From: Tubulanus polymorphus
Lineage: Eukaryota; Animalia; Nemertea
NCBI RefSeq assembly: GCF_964204645.1
Contig: NC_134034.1
Location: 7,824,962-7,888,961 of the forward strand
Length of the DNA stretch: 64,000 nucleotides
Direction: 5' to 3'
This document shows, piece by piece, positions 62,282-64,000 of this stretch (position 1 is its first letter; each line of letters starts with the position of its first letter). A program made the position numbers and the translations under genes. The notes beneath the pieces are model-generated. The model made no database searches and had not been told where the DNA came from. It saw only the letters and a list, made by a program, of their open reading frames with translations.

Positions 62282-62757
62282 CAGCTGTCTTATCATTTCA
62301 ACTGTTAAACAATTTAACATTTCAACTGTTAAACAATTTAACATTTCAACTGTTAAACAATTTATCATTTCAACTGTTAAACAATTTATCATTTCAACTG
62401 TTAAACAATTTATCATTTCAACTGTCTTATCATTTCAACAGTCGAACAATTTATCATTTCAACTGTCAAACAATTTATTATTTCAACTGTCAAACAATTT
62501 ATCATTTCAACTGTTAAACAATTTATCATTTCAACTGTTAAACAATTTATCATTTCAACTGTCGAACAATTTATCATTTCAACTGTCAAACAATTTATTA
62601 TTTCAACTGTCAAACAATTTATCATTTCAACTGTTAAACAATTTATCATTTCAACTGTTAAACAATTTATCATTTCAACTGTCAAACAATTTAACATTTC
62701 AACTGTCAAACAATTTAACATTTCAACTGTTAAACAATTTATCATTTCAACAGTCTA
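62282..62757. repeat. 24-bp tandem array, mirror copy
   Basis: Reverse complement of 59787-60262. Confidence 0.95.
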
Positions 62758-62807
62758 TTAGATATTTAAATCATTTAACTCAATTCAATAATTATAATGT
62801 AGAATTG

Positions 62808-63458
62808 TTACTCTTTACACCAGTTTTTATGTTTAATTGTTTCATAATGCTTTGATTTATGTGATTTTAAATATTTACCTCCGCAATAACAATGCACTTT
62901 TTCATTAGGATTGAATTTTCTAAATTCATCATCTAAATTACATTGAACTGCAATATCTTTAAATGATTTTTCATTATCTAATTCACATTGAATTCCAATA
63001 TTTGATGAATTTTCATTATAGATAATTTGTTTATTATCAAAATTGAAATAATATAATTGTCTTTTTTCAATTCTTAAGTTAATCAAATCATTGTAATCTT
63101 TTGAAAGTATTATATCATCATTTCTTTCATTGAAAGGAGTTTTAAGAATATTAATTATGTTTTCATCTAAAGTTCCTTTAAAATTTAAAACTGTATTGAA
63201 TATTTTAGGATTTTTAACGCCATTATCAAAAGTATCTACTAGTTCAGTAATTAAATATGTTTCATTTGATGATAATTGATTAATCATAGTAATATTATCG
63301 ATTTTATAATACCTTGCGGACACTAAATTTGTTGCTGAAATATAATTTTTAATGTAAAACTGTGAAAATGATTTATTGGTTTCATTGATTTCGATTTTAA
63401 AGTTGGGTTCTTCTTCTTCTTTCTTCATTTTTATAACAAAATTTTTATTAAAACTCAT
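62808..63458 (-). CDS. Mirror copy of the 216-aa zinc-finger protein
   Basis: Identical translation to 59086-59736. Confidence 0.75.
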   Translation of the reverse strand: MSFNKNFVIKMKKEEEEPNFKIEINETNKSFSQFYIKNYISATNLVSARYYKIDNITMINQLSSNETYLITELVDTFDNGVKNPKIFNTVLNFKGTLDENIINILKTPFNERNDDIILSKDYNDLINLRIEKRQLYYFNFDNKQIIYNENSSNIGIQCELDNEKSFKDIAVQCNLDDEFRKFNPNEKVHCYCGGKYLKSHKSKHYETIKHKNWCKE

Positions 63459-64000
63459 TCAAATATAAATATTCACTGTTTTAAATATGAATTATTTCAC
63501 TCACACTTTACTCACACTTTTAATGTTTAAAAATCTAACTCATACAAATATAAATATTGAAATATGTTTAAAATATAAACCATTTCACTCACACTTTACT
63601 CACACTTTCTTCTAGTGAGTAGAAAATGGAAAATAAATTCGAGTGTGTGAGAATTTATTTTTCATTTTTATGAGTTTTGCGACTAATTCAAGTAGAAATT
63701 GTTGTTATTTTAACATTTTGGAAAATTTCTCGGGCTCGACCTTTCGACCTTTGGTATGAAAGCCTATTACCCCTATTACTCCTACTACAGTGTCTGCACC
63801 AATGGGCCGGGACAAGCTGCGGGAAGCTATATCAAAACGACGAGGGGTGGATTATGGGTGTCCTCAATTGACGAGTAACAGCACCCAAATTAAACAATGA
63901 ATACCGAATAAAGTATATGATGATATCGCTTTATTTTACGAAAAACTACCTTTCCATTCCGGTTTCTTTCCAAAACGGAAGCGTGTTCACAAAAATTACA

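Larger units (their letters stand above)
58764..63780. mobile_element. Palindromic non-autonomous Maverick-satellite element (2325-bp inverted arms, 367-bp spacer)
   Basis: AGTAATAGGGG...CCCCTATTACT termini; TSD CCTACT at 58758-58763 and 63781-63786; arms 58764-61088 and 61456-63780. Confidence 0.95.

Noticed and set aside
58764-63780. Palindrome as an assembly or chimeric-read artefact
   Set aside because: It has a perfect 6-bp TSD, proper termini, different outer flanks, a unique spacer and a few arm-to-arm substitutions; long-read confirmation is still advisable
58680-63870. Host exon interrupted by the satellite
   Set aside because: Joining the flanks gives short open frames with no recognisable motif or clear splice signals

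Overview
AT-rich animal DNA (a BEL/Pao fragment points to a metazoan) that is almost entirely a nest of Maverick/Polinton (adintovirus-like) endogenous dsDNA elements of one family. There are four decayed copies: A (2967-~11257, left half only), fused to B (~11258-27454); D (~28880-37488, opposite orientation); and C (37514-55726, near full length, ~400-bp TIRs). The family gene set is protein-primed PolB, retroviral-type integrase with chromodomain, A32/FtsK-like packaging ATPase, major and minor capsid proteins, an HNH nuclease and several small membrane proteins. I found no adenain protease gene. Main findings: (1) copy B's pPolB carries a ~1055-bp LAGLIDADG intein at the YxD|TDS (pol-c) site that resembles giant-virus PolB inteins; copy A has the empty allele and copy C has a repair-like scar at the same site. 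(2) A 5017-bp element (58764-63780) with Maverick termini, a perfect 6-bp TSD and 2325-bp inverted arms encodes its own small genes but no polymerase, integrase or capsid; it looks like a satellite of these Mavericks, and a diverged relative occupies the window start. (3) Most genes start at TAAATG, the poxvirus late initiator, which suggests (inference) a virophage-like lifestyle. Also present: BEL/Pao and CR1/L2-type LINE fragments, and a non-autonomous MULE-like element. All calls are by eye from motifs and copy-to-copy comparison; no database searches were run.
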